Source of the DNA: Eledone cirrhosa
Lineage: Eukaryota
Direction: 5' to 3'
NCBI GenBank assembly: GCA_964016885.1
Contig: OZ024759.1
Location: 1,116,001-1,180,000, forward strand
DNA length: 64,000 nucleotides
Shown here piece after piece: positions 28,301 to 42,520 of the stretch; the first letter of the stretch is position 1, and every line of letters begins with the position of its first letter. The translations under genes were made by a program, and so were the position numbers. A model generated the notes under the pieces. That model was not told the DNA's origin and searched no databases. It worked only from the letters and a program-made list of their open reading frames with translations.

Positions 28301-31300
28301 AAGTCTATATTAGTAGCATGACAAAGTCTATATTAGTAACATGACAAAGTCTATATTAGTAACATGACACAGTCTATGTTAGTAACATGACAAAGTCTAT
28401 ATTAGTAACATGACAAAGTCTATATTAGTAACATGACACATTCTATATTAGTAACATGACAAAGTCTATATTAGTAACATGGCAAAGTCTATATTAGTAA
28501 CATGACAGTCTATATTAGTAACATGACAAAGTCTATATTAGTAACATCACACAGTCTATATTAGTAACATGACAAAGTCTATATTAGTAACATGGCAAAG
28601 TCTATATTAGTAACATGACAAAGTCTATATTAGTAACATGACAGTCTATATTAGTAACATGACAAAGTCTATATTAGTAACATGACAAAGTCTATATTAG
28701 TAACATGACAGTCTATATTAGTAACATGACAAAGTCTATATTAGTAACATGACAGTCTATATTAGTAACATGACAAAGTCTATATTAGTAACATCACACA
28801 GTCTATATTAGTAACATGACAAAGTCTATATTAGTAACATGGCAAAGTCTATATTAGTAACATGACAAAGTCTATATTAGTAACATGACAGTCTATATTA
28901 GTAACATGACAAAGTCTATATTAGTAACATGACAAAGTCTATATTAGTAACATGACAGTCTATATTAGTAACATGACACAGTCTATATTAGTAACATGAC
29001 AAAGTCTATATTAGTAACATGACACAGTCTATATTAGTAACATGACACAGTCTATATTAGTAACATGACACAGTTTATATTAGTAACATGACAAAGTCTA
29101 TATTAGTAACATGACAAAGTCTATATTAGTAACATGGCAGTCTATATTAGTAACATGACACAGTCTATATTACTAACATGACAAAGACTCTATTAGTAAC
29201 ATGACAAAGTCTATATTAGTAACATGACAGTCTATATTAGTAACATGACAAAATCTATATTAGTAACATGACAGTCTATATTAGTAACATGACAAAGTCT
29301 ATATTAGTAACATGACAGTCTATATTGTACCATGACACAGTCTATATTAGTAACATGACATAGTCTATATTAGTAACATGACAAAGTCTATATTAGTAAC
29401 ATGACAGCCTATATTGTAACATGACACAGTCTATATTAGTAACATGACACAGTCTATATTAGTAACATGACAGTCTATATTAGTAACATGACACAGTCTA
29501 TATTAGTAACATGACACAGTCTATATTAGTAACATGACAGTCTATATTAGTAGCATGGCAATGTCTATATTAGTAACATGACACAGTCTATATTAGTAAC
29601 AAGACATAGTCTATATTAGTAACATGACAAAGTCTATATTAGTAACATGACACAGTCTATATTAGTAACATGACAAAGTCTATATTAGTAGCATGACAAA
29701 GTCTATATTAGTAACATGACACAGTCTATATTAGTAACATGACAAAGTCTATATTAGTAACGTGACAAAGTCTATATTAGTAACATGACAAAGTCTATAT
29801 TAGTAACATGACTAAGTCTATATTAGTAACATGACACAGTCTATATTAGTAACATGACAGTCTATATTAGTAGCATGACAAAGTCTATATTAGTAACATG
29901 ACACAGTCTATATTAGTAACATGACACAGTCTATATTAGTAACATGACACAGTCTATATTAGTAACATGACAGTCTATATTAGTAACATGACAAAGTCTA
30001 TATTAGTAACATGGCAAAGTCTATGTTAGTAACATGACAAAGTCTATATTAGTAACATGACAGTCTATATTAGTAACATGACACATTCTATATTAGTAAC
30101 ATGACAAAGTCTATATTAGTAGCATGACAAAGTCTATATTAGTAACATGACAGTCTATATTAGTAACATGCCAAAGTCTATATTAGTAGCATGACAAAGT
30201 CTATATTAGTAACATGACACAGTCTATATTAGTAACATGACACAGTCTATATTAGTAACATGACAGTCTATATTAGTAACATGACACAGTCTATATTAGT
30301 AACATGACAAAGTCTATATTAGTAACATGACACAGTCTATATTAGTAACATGACACAGTCTATATTAGTAACATGACACAGTTTATATTAGTAACATGAC
30401 AAAGTCTATATTAGTAACATGACAAAGTCTATATTAGTAACATGGCAGTCTATATTAGTAACATGACAAAGTCTATATTAGTAACATGACACAGTCTATA
30501 TTAGTAACATGACAAAGACTCTATTAGTAACATGACAAAGTCTATATTAGTAACATGACAGTCTATATTAGTAACATGACAAAATCTATATTAGTAACAT
30601 GACAGTCTATATTAGTAACATGACAAAGTCTATATTAGTAACATGACAGTCTATATTGTACCATGACACAGTCTATATTAGTAACATGACATAGTCTATA
30701 TTAGTAACATGACAAAGTCTATATTAGTAACATGACAGCCTATATTGTAACATGACACAGTCTATATTAGTAACATGACACAGTCTATATTAGTAACATG
30801 ACAGTCTATATTAGTAACATGACACAGTCTATATTAGTAACATGACACAGTCTATATTAGTAACATGACAGTCTATATTAGTAGCATGGCAATGTCTATA
30901 TTAGTAACATGACACAGTCTATATTAGTAACAAGACATAGTCTATATTAGTAACATGACAAAGTCTATATTAGTAACATGACACAGTCTATATTAGTAAC
31001 ATGACAAAGTCTATATTAGTAGCATGACAAAGTCTATATTAGTAACATGACACAGTCTATATTAGTAACATGACAAAGTCTATATTAGTAACGTGACAAA
31101 GTCTATATTAGTAACATGACAAAGTCTATATTAGTAACATGACTAAGTCTATATTAGTAACATGACACAGTCTATATTAGTAACATGACAGTCTATATTA
31201 GTAGCATGACAAAGTCTATATTAGTAACATGACACAGTCTATATTAGTAACATGACACAGTCTATATTAGTAACATGACACAGTCTATATTAGTAACATG

Positions 31301-32448
31301 ACAGTCTATATTAGTAACATGACACAGTCTATATTAGTAACATGGCAAAGTCTATGTTAGTAACATGACAAAGTCTATATTAGTAACATGACAGTCTATA
31401 TTAGTAACATGACACATTCTATATTAGTAACATGACAAAGTCTATATTAGTAGCATGACAAAGTCTATATTAGTAACATGACAGTCTATATTAGTAACAT
31501 GCCAAAGTCTATATTAGTAGCATGACAAAGTCTATATTAGTAACATGACACAGTCTATATTAGTAACATGACACAGTCTATATTAGTAACATGACACAGT
31601 CTATATTAGTAGCATGACAAAGTCTATATTAGTAACATGACAAAGTCTATATTAGTAACATGACAAAGTCTATATTAGTAACATGACAAAGTCTATATTA
31701 GTAACATGACACAGTGTATATTAGTAATATGACAGTCTATATTAGTAGCATGACAATGTCTATATTAGTAACATGACAAAGTCTATATTAGTAACATGAC
31801 ACAGTCTATATTAGAAACATGACACAGTCTATATTAGTAACATGACAAAGTCTATATTAGTAACATGACACAGTCTATATTAGTAACATGACAAAGTCTA
31901 TATTAGTAACATGACAAAGTCTATATTAGTAACATGACAGTCTATATTAGTAACATGACAAAGTCTATATTAGTAACATGACAAAGTCTCTATTAGTAAC
32001 ATGACAAAGTCTATATTAGTAACATGACAAAGTCTCTATTAGTAACATGACAAAGTCTATATTAGTAACATGACAGTCTATATTAGTAACATGACAAAGT
32101 CTATATTAGTAACATGACAGTCTATATTGTAACATGACACAGTCTATATTAGTAACATGACACAGTTTATATTAGTAACATGACATAGTCTATATTAGTA
32201 ACATGACAAAGTCTATATTAGTAACATGACAGTCTATATTGTAACATGACACAGTCTATATTAGTAACATGACACAGTCTATATTAGTAACATGACAGTC
32301 TATATTAGTAACATGACAAAGTCTATATTAGTAACATGACAAAGTCTATATTAGTAACATGACAAAGTCTATATTAGTAACATGACAAAGTCTATATTAG
32401 TAGCATGACACAGTCTATATTAGTAACATGACAAAGTCTATATTAGTA
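15977..32448. repeat. ~8.2-kb block duplication (15977-24132 vs 24293-32448, offset 8,316 bp) with nested ~4.2-kb and 1,331-bp periodicities
   Basis: gtacc at 16830, 18161, 21011, 22342 and 25146, 26477, 29327, 30658 (each +8,316); ctgtgtt 16082/24398; ttagaaac at 19317, 23498, 27633, 31814. Confidence 0.9.
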
Positions 32449-35400
32449 ACATGACAAAGTCTATATTAGTAACATGACACAGTCTATATTAGTAACATGA
32501 CACAGTCTATATTAGTAACATGACAAAGTCTATATTAGTAGCATGACAAAGTCTATATTAGTAACATGACACAGTCTATATTAGTAACATGACAAAGTCT
32601 ATATTAGTAGCATGACAAAGTCTATATTAGTAACATGACAAAGTCTATATTAGTAACATGACACAGTCTATATTAGTAACATGACAGTCTATATTAGTAA
32701 AATGACAGTCCATATTAGTAGCATGACAAAGTCTATATTAGTAACATGACAAAGTCTATATTAGTAACATGACACAGTCTATATTAGTAACATGACACAG
32801 TCTATATTAGTAACATCACACAGTCTATATTAGTAACATGACAAAGTCTATATTAGTAACATGGCAAAGTCTATATTAGTAACATGACAAAGTCTATATT
32901 AGTAACATGACAAGGCCTATATTAGTAATATGACACAGTCTATATTAGTAACATGACAAAGTCTATATTAGTAACATGACAGTCTATATTAGTAACATGA
33001 CAAAGTCTATATTAGTAACATGACAAAGTCTATATTAGTAACATGACAGTCTATATTAGTAACATGACACAGTCTATATTAGTAACATGACAAAGTCTAT
33101 ATTAGTAACATGACACAGTCTATATTAGTAACATGACAAAGACTCTATTAGTAACATGACAAAGTCTATATTAGTAACATGACAGTCTATATTAGTAACA
33201 TGACAAAATCTATATTAGTAACATGACAGTCTATATTAGTAACATGACAAAGTCTATATTAGTAACATGACAGTCTATATTGTACCATGACACAGTCTAT
33301 ATTAGTAACATGACATAGTCTATGTTAGTAACATGACAAAGTCTATATTAGTAACATGACAGTCTATATTGTAACATGACACAGTCTATCTTAGTAACAT
33401 GACACAGTCTATATTAGTAACATGACAGTCTATATTAGTAACATGACACAGTCTATATTAGTAACATGACCCAGTCTATATTAGTAACATGACAGTCTAT
33501 ATTAGTAGCATGGCAATGTCTATATTAGTAACATGACACAGTCTATATTAGTAACAAGACATTGTCTATATTAGTAACATGACATAGTCTATATTAGTAG
33601 CATGACAAAGTCTATATTAGTAACATGACAAAGTCTATATTAGTAACATGACAAAGTCTATATTAGTAACATGACAAAGTCTATATTAGTAACATGACAA
33701 AGTCCATATTAGTAACATGACTAAGTCTATATTAGTAACATAACACAGTCTATATTAGTAACATGACAGTCTATATTAGTAGCATGACAAAGTCTATATT
33801 AGTAACATGACAAAGTCTATATTAGTAACATGACACAGTCTATATTAGTAACATGACACAGTCTATATTAGTAACATGACAGTCTATATTAGTAACATGA
33901 CAAAGTCTATATTAGTAACATGGCAAAGTCTATGTTAGTAACATGACAAAGTCTATATTAGTAACATGACAGTCTATATTAGTAACATGACACATTCTAT
34001 ATTAGTAACATGACAAAGTCTATATTAGTAGCATGACAAAGTCTATATTAGTAACATGACAGTCTATATTAGTAACATGCCAAAGTCTATATTAGTAGCA
34101 TGACAAAGTCTATATTAGTAACATGACACAGTCTATATTAGTAACATGACACAGTCTATATTAGTAACATGACACAGTCTATATTAGTAGCATGACAAAG
34201 TCTATATTAGTAACATGACAAAGTCTATATTAGTAACATGACAAAGTCTATATTAGTAACATGACACAGTGTATATTAGTAATATGACAGTCTATATTAG
34301 TAGCATGACAAAGTCTATATTAGTAACATGACAAAGTCTATATTAGTAACATGACACAGTCTATATTAGTAACATGACACAGTCTATATTAGTAACATGA
34401 CACAGTCTATATTAGTAACATGACAAAGTCTATATTAGTAACATGGCAAAGTCTATATTAGTAACATGACAAAGTCTATATTAGTAACATGACAAGGTCT
34501 ATATTAGTAACATGACACAGTCTATATTAGTAACATGACAAAGTCTATATTAGTAACATGACAGTCTATATTAGTAACATGCCAAAGTCTATATTAGTAG
34601 CATGACAAAGTCTATATTAGTAGCATGACACAGTCTATATTAGTAACATGACATAGTCTATATTAGTAACATGACACAGTCTATATTAGTAGCATGACAA
34701 AGTCTATATTAGTAACATGACAAAGTCTATATTAGTAACATGAGAAAGTCTATATTAGTAACATGACACAGTCTATATTAGTAACATGACAAAGTCTATA
34801 TTAGTAACATGACACAGTCTATATTAGTAACATGACACAGTCTATATTAGTAACATGACAAAGTCTATATTAGTAGCATGACAAAGTCTATATTAGTAAC
34901 ATGACAAAGTCTATATTAGTAACATGGCACAGTCTATATTAGTAACATGACAGAGTCTATATTAGTAACATGACGGTCTATATTAGTAACATGACAAAGT
35001 CTATATTAGTAGCATGACAAAGTCTATATTAGTAACATGACACAGTCTATATTAGTAACATGACAAAGTCTATATTAGTAGCATGACAAAGTCTATATTA
35101 GTAACATGACAAAGTCTATATTAGTAACATGACACAGTCTATATTAGTAACATGACAGTCTATATTAGTAACATGACAGTCCATATTAGTAGCATGACAA
35201 AGTCTATATTAGTAACATGACAAAGTCTATATTAGTAACATGACACAGTCTATATTAGTAACATGACACAGTCTATATTAGTAACATCATACAGTCTATA
35301 TTAGTAACATGACAAAGTCTATATTAGTAACATGGCAAAGTCTATATTAGTAACATGACACAGTCTATATTAGTAACATGACAAGGCCTATATTAGTAAC

Positions 35401-38400
35401 ATGACACAGTCTATATTAGTAACATGACAAAGTCTATATTAGTAACATGACAGTCTATATTAGTAACATGACAAAGTCTATATTAGTAACATGACAAAGT
35501 CTATATTAGTAACATGACAGTCTATATTAGTAACATGACACAGTCTATATTAGTAACATGACAAAGTCTATATTAGTAACATGACACAGTCTATATTAGT
35601 AACATAACACAGTCTATATTAGTAACATGACACAGTTTATATTAGTAACATGACAAAGTCTATATTAGTAACATGACAAAGTCTATATTAGTAACATGGC
35701 AGTCTATATTAGTTACATGACAAAGTCTATATTAGTAACATGACACAGTCTATATTAGTAACATGACAAAGACTCTATTAGTAACATGACAAAGTCTATA
35801 TTAGTAACATGACAGTCTATATTAGTAACATGACAAAATCTATATTAGTAACATGACAGTCTATATTAGTAACATGACAAAGTCTATATTAGTAACATGA
35901 CAGTCTATATTGTACCATGACACAGTCTATATTAGTAACATGACATAGTCTATATTAGTAACATGACAAAGTCTATATTAGTAACATGACAGTCTATATT
36001 GTAACATGACACAGTCTATATTAGTAACATGACACAGTCTATATTAGTAACATGACACAGTCTATATTAGTAGCATGACAAAGTCTATATTAGTAACATG
36101 ACAAAGTCTATATTAGTAACATGAGAAAGTCTATATTAGTAACATGACACAGTCTATATTAGTAACATGACAAAGTCTATATTAGTAACATGACACAGTC
36201 TATATTAGTAACATGACACAGTCTATATTAGTAACATGACAAAGTCTATATTAGTAGCATGACAAAGTCTATATTAGTAACATGACAAAGTCTATATTAG
36301 TAACATGGCACAGTCTATATTAGTAACATGACAGAGTCTATATTAGTAACATGACGGTCTATATTAGTAACATGACAGTCTATATTAGTAGCATGACAAA
36401 GTCTATATTAGTAACATGACACAGTCTATATCAGTAACATGACACAGTCTATATTAGTAACATGACAAAGTCTATATTAGTAGCATGACAAAGTCTATAT
36501 TAGTAACATGACACAGTCTATATTAGTAACATGACAAAGTCTATATTAGTAGCATGACAAAGTCTATATTAGTAACATGACAAACTCTATATTAGTAACA
36601 TGACACAGTCTATATTAGTAACATGACAGTCTATATTAGTAACATGACAGTCCATATTAGTAGCATGACAAAGTCTATATTAGTAACATGACAAAGTCTA
36701 TATTAGTAACATGACACAGTCTATAGTAGTAACATGACACAGTCTATATTAGTAACATCATACAGTCTATATTAGTAACATGACAAAGTCTATATTAGTA
36801 ACATGGCAAAGTCTATATTAGTAACATGACACAGTCTATATTAGTAACATGACAAGGCCTATATTAGTAACATGACACAGTCTATATTAGTAACATGACA
36901 AAGTATATATTAGTAACATGACAGTCTATATTAGTAACATGACAAAGTCTATATTAGTAACATGACAAAGTCTATATTAGTAACATGACAGTCTATATTA
37001 GTAACATGACACAGTCTATATTAGTAACATGACAAAGTCTATATTAGTAACATGACACAGTCTATATTAGTAACATAACACAGTCTATATTAGTAACATG
37101 ACACAGTTTATATTAGTAACATGACAAAGTCTATATTAGTAACATGACAAAGTCTATATTAGTAACATGGCAGTCTATATTAGTTACATGACAAAGTCTA
37201 TATTAGTAACATGACACAGTCTATATTAGTAACATGACAAAGACTCTATTAGTAACATGACAAAGTCTATATTAGTAACATGACAGTCTATATTAGTAAC
37301 ATGACAAAATCTATATTAGTAACATGACAGTCTATAATAGTAACATGACAAAGTCTATATTAGTAACATGACAGTCTATATTGTACCATGACACAGTCTA
37401 TATTAGTAACATGACATAGTCTATATTAGTAACATGACAAAGTCTATATTAGTAACATGACAGTCTATATTGTAACATGACACAGTCTATATTAGTAACA
37501 TGACACAGTCTATATTAGTAACATGACAGTCTATATTAGTAACATGACAAAGTCTATATTAGTAACATGACAAAGTCTATATTAGTATCATGACAAAGTC
37601 TATATTAGTAGCATGACACAGTCTATATTAGTAACATGACAAAGTCTATATTAGTAACATGACACAGTCTATATTAGTAACATGACAAAGTCTATATTAG
37701 TAACATGACACAGTCTATATTAGTAACATGACATAGTCTATATTAGTAACATGACAAAGTCTATATTAGTAGCATGACACAGTCTAAATTAGTAACATGA
37801 CACAGTCTATATTAGTAACATGACAGTCTATATTAGTAACATGACACAGTCTATATTAGTAACATGACAAAGTCTATATTAGTAGTATGACAAAGTCTAT
37901 ATTAGTAACATGACAGTCTATATTAGTAACATGACAAAGTCTATATTAGTAGCATGACAAAGTCTATATTAGTAGCATGACACAGTCTATCTTAGTAACA
38001 TGACACAGTCTATATTAGTAACATGACACAGTCTATATTAGTAACATGACAAAGTCTATATTAGTAGCATGACAAAGTCTATATTAGTAACATGACAAAG
38101 TCTATATTAGTAACATGACACAGTCTATATTAGTAACATGACAAAGTCTATATTAGTAACATGACAAAGTCTATATTAGTAACATGACAGTCTATATTAG
38201 TAACATGACAAAGTCTATATTAGTAACATGACAAAGTCTCTATTAGTAACATGACAAAGTCTATATTAGTAACATGACAGTCTATATTAGTAACATGACA
38301 AAGTCTCTATTAGTAACATGACAAAGTCTATATTAGTAACATGACAGTCTATATTAGTAACATGACAAAGTCTATATTAGTAACATGACAGTCTATATTG

Positions 38401-40299
38401 TAACATGACACAGTCTATATTAGTAACATGACACAGTTTATATTAGTAACATGACATAGTCTATATTAGTAACATGATAAAGTCTATATTAGTAACATGA
38501 CAGTCTATATTGTAACATGACACAGTCTATATTAGTAACATGACACAGTCTATATTAGTAACATGACAGTCTATATTAGTAACATGACAAAGTCTATATT
38601 AGTAACATGACAAAGTCTATATTAGTAACATGACAAAGTCTATATTAGTAACATGACAAAGTCTATATTAGTAGCATGACACAGTCTATATTAGTAACAT
38701 GACAAAGTCTATATTAGTAACATGACACAGTCTATATTAGTAACATGACAAAGTCTATATTAGTAGCATGACAAAGTCTATATTAGTAACATGACACAGT
38801 CTATATTAGTAACATGACAAAGTCTATATTAGTAACATGACACTGTCTATATTAGTAACTTGACAAAGTCTATATTAGTAACATGACACAGTGTATATTA
38901 GTAACATGACACAGTCTATATTAGTAACATGACAAAGTCTATATTAGTAGCATGACAAAGTCTATATTAGTAACATGACAAAGTCTATATTAGTAACATG
39001 ACACAGTCTATGTTAGTAACATGACAAAGTCTATATTAGTAACATGACAAAGTCTATATTAGTAACATGACACATTCTATATTAGTAACATGACAAAGTC
39101 TATATTAGTAACATGACAGTCTATATTAGTAACATGACAAAGTCTATATTAGTAACATGACAAAGTCTATATTAGTAACATGACAGTCTATATTAGTAAC
39201 ATGACACAGTCTATATTAGTAACATGACAAAGTCTATATTAGTAACATGACACAGTCTATATTAGTAACATGGCAAAGTCTATATTAGTAACATGACAAA
39301 GTCTATATTAGTAACATGACAAGGTCTATATTAGTAACATGACACAGTCTATATTAGTAACATGACAAAGTCTATATTAGTAACATGACAGTCTATATTA
39401 GTAACATGCCAAAGTCTATATTAGTAGCATGACAAAGTCTATATTAGTAGCATGACACAGTCTATATTAGTAACATGACATAGTCTATATTAGTAACATG
39501 AACAGTCTATATTAGTAGCATGACAAAGTCTATATTAGTAACATGACAAAGTCTATATTAGTAACATGAGAAAGTCTATATTAGTAACATGACACAGTCT
39601 ATATTAGTAACATGACAAAGTCTATATTAGTAGCATGACAAAGTCTATATTAGTAACATGACAAAGTCTATATTAGTAACATGACACAGTCTATATTAGT
39701 AACATGACAAAGTCTATATTAGTAACATGACGGTCTATATTAGTAACATGACAGTCTATATTAGTAGCATGACAAAGTCTATATTAGTAACATGACACAG
39801 TCTATATTAGTAACATGACACAGTCTATATTAGTAACATGACAAAGTCTATATTAGTAGCATGACAAAGTCTATATTAGTAACATGACACAGTCTATATT
39901 AGTAACATGACAAAGTCTATATTAGTAACATGACAAAGTCTATATTAGTAACATGACAAAGTCTATATTAGTAACATGACTAAGTCTATATTAGTAACAT
40001 GACACAGTCTATATTAGTAACATGACAGTCTATATTAGTAGCATGACAAAGTCTATATTAGTAACATGACAAAGTCTATATTAGTAACATGACACAGTCT
40101 ATATTAGTAACATGACACAGTCTATATTAGTAACATGACAGTCTATATTAGTAACATGACAAAGTCTATATTAGTAACATGGCAAAGTCTATGTTAGTAA
40201 CATGACAAAGTCTATATTAGTAACATGACAGTCTATATTAGTAACATGACACATTCTATATTAGTAACATGACAAAGTCTATATTAGTAGCATGACAAA

Positions 40300-42520
40300 G
40301 TCTATATTAGTAACATGCCAAAGTCTATATTAGTAGCATGACAAAGTCTATATTAGTAACATGACACAGTCTATATTAGTAACATGACACAGTCTATATT
40401 AGTAACATGACACAGTCTATATTAGTAGCATGACAAAGTCTATATTAGTAACATGACAAAGTCTATATTAGTAGCATGACAAAGTCTATATTAGTAACAT
40501 GACAAAGTCTATATTAGTAACATGACAAAGTCTATATTAGTAGCATGACACAGTCTATATTAGTAACATGACAAAGTCTATATTAGTAACATGACAAAGT
40601 CTATATTAGTAGCATGACAAAGTCTATATTAGTAACATGACAGTCTATATTAGTAACATGACACAGTCTATATTAGTAACATGACAAAGTCTATATTAGT
40701 AACATGACTCAGTCTATATTAGTAACATGACAAAGTCTATATTAGTAACATGACAAAGTCTATATTAGTAACATGACACAGTCTATATTAGTAACATGAC
40801 AGTCTATATTAGTAAAATGACAGTCCATATTAGTAGCATGACAAAGTCTATATTAGTAACATGACAAAGTCTATATTAGTAACATGACACAGTCTATATT
40901 AGTAACATGACACAGTCTATATTAGTAACATCACACAGTCTATATTAGTAACATGACAAAGTCTATATTAGTAACATGGCAAAGTCTATATTAGTAACAT
41001 GACAAAGTCTATATTAGTAACATGACAGTCTATATTAGTAACATGACACAGTCTATATTAGTAACATGACAAAGTCTATATTAGTAACATGACACAGTCT
41101 ATATTAGTAACATGACACAGTCTATATTAGTAACATGACACAGTTTATATTAGTAACATGACAAAGTCTATATTAGTAACATGACAAAGTCTATATTAGT
41201 AACATGGCAGTCTATATTAGTAACATGACAAAGTCTATATTAGTAACATGACACAGTCTATATTAGTAACATGACAAAGACTCTATTAGTAACATGACAA
41301 AGTCTATATTAGTAACATGACAGTCTATATTAGTAACATGACAAAATCTATATTAGTAACATGACAGTCTATATTAGTAACATGACAAAGTCTATATTAG
41401 TAACATGACAGTCTATATTAGTAACATGCCAAAGTCTATATTAGTAGCATGACAAAGTCTATATTAGTAACATGACACAGTCTATATTAGTAACATGACA
41501 CAGTCTATATTAGTAACATGACACAGTCTATATTAGTAGCATGACAAAGTCTATATTAGTAACATGACAAAGTCTATATTAGTAGCATGACAAAGTCTAT
41601 ATTAGTAACATGACAAAGTCTATATTAGTAACATGACAAAGTCTATATTAGTAGCATGACACAGTCTATATTAGTAACATGACAAAGTCTATATTAGTAA
41701 CATGACAAAGTCTATATTAGTAGCATGACAAAGTCTATATTAGTAACATGACAGTCTATATTAGTAACATGACACAGTCTATATTAGTAACATGACAAAG
41801 TCTATATTAGTAACATGACACAGTCTATATTAGTAACATGACAAAGTCTATATTAGTAACATGACAAAGTCTATATTAGTAACATGACACAGTCTATATT
41901 AGTAACATGACAGTCTATATTAGTAAAATGACAGTCCATATTAGTAGCATGACAAAGTCTATATTAGTAACATGACAAAGTCTATATTAGTAACATGACA
42001 CAGTCTATATTAGTAACATGACACAGTCTATATTAGTAACATCACACAGTCTATATTAGTAACATGACAAAGTCTATATTAGTAACATGGCAAAGTCTAT
42101 ATTAGTAACATGACAAAGTCTATATTAGTAACATGACAGTCTATATTAGTAACATGACACAGTCTATATTAGTAACATGACAAAGTCTATATTAGTAACA
42201 TGACACAGTCTATATTAGTAACATGACACAGTCTATATTAGTAACATGACACAGTTTATATTAGTAACATGACAAAGTCTATATTAGTAACATGACAAAG
42301 TCTATATTAGTAACATGGCAGTCTATATTAGTAACATGACAAAGTCTATATTAGTAACATGACACAGTCTATATTAGTAACATGACAAAGACTCTATTAG
42401 TAACATGACAAAGTCTATATTAGTAACATGACAGTCTATATTAGTAACATGACAAAATCTATATTAGTAACATGACAGTCTATATTAGTAACATGACAAA
42501 GTCTATATTAGTAACATGAC
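40300..42520. repeat. 1,111-bp tandem duplication
   Basis: gccaaag variant C at 40318 and 41429, taaaatg at 40813 and 41924 (offset 1,111). One visible difference: gactcag at about 40709 versus gacacag. Boundaries approximate. Confidence 0.85.
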
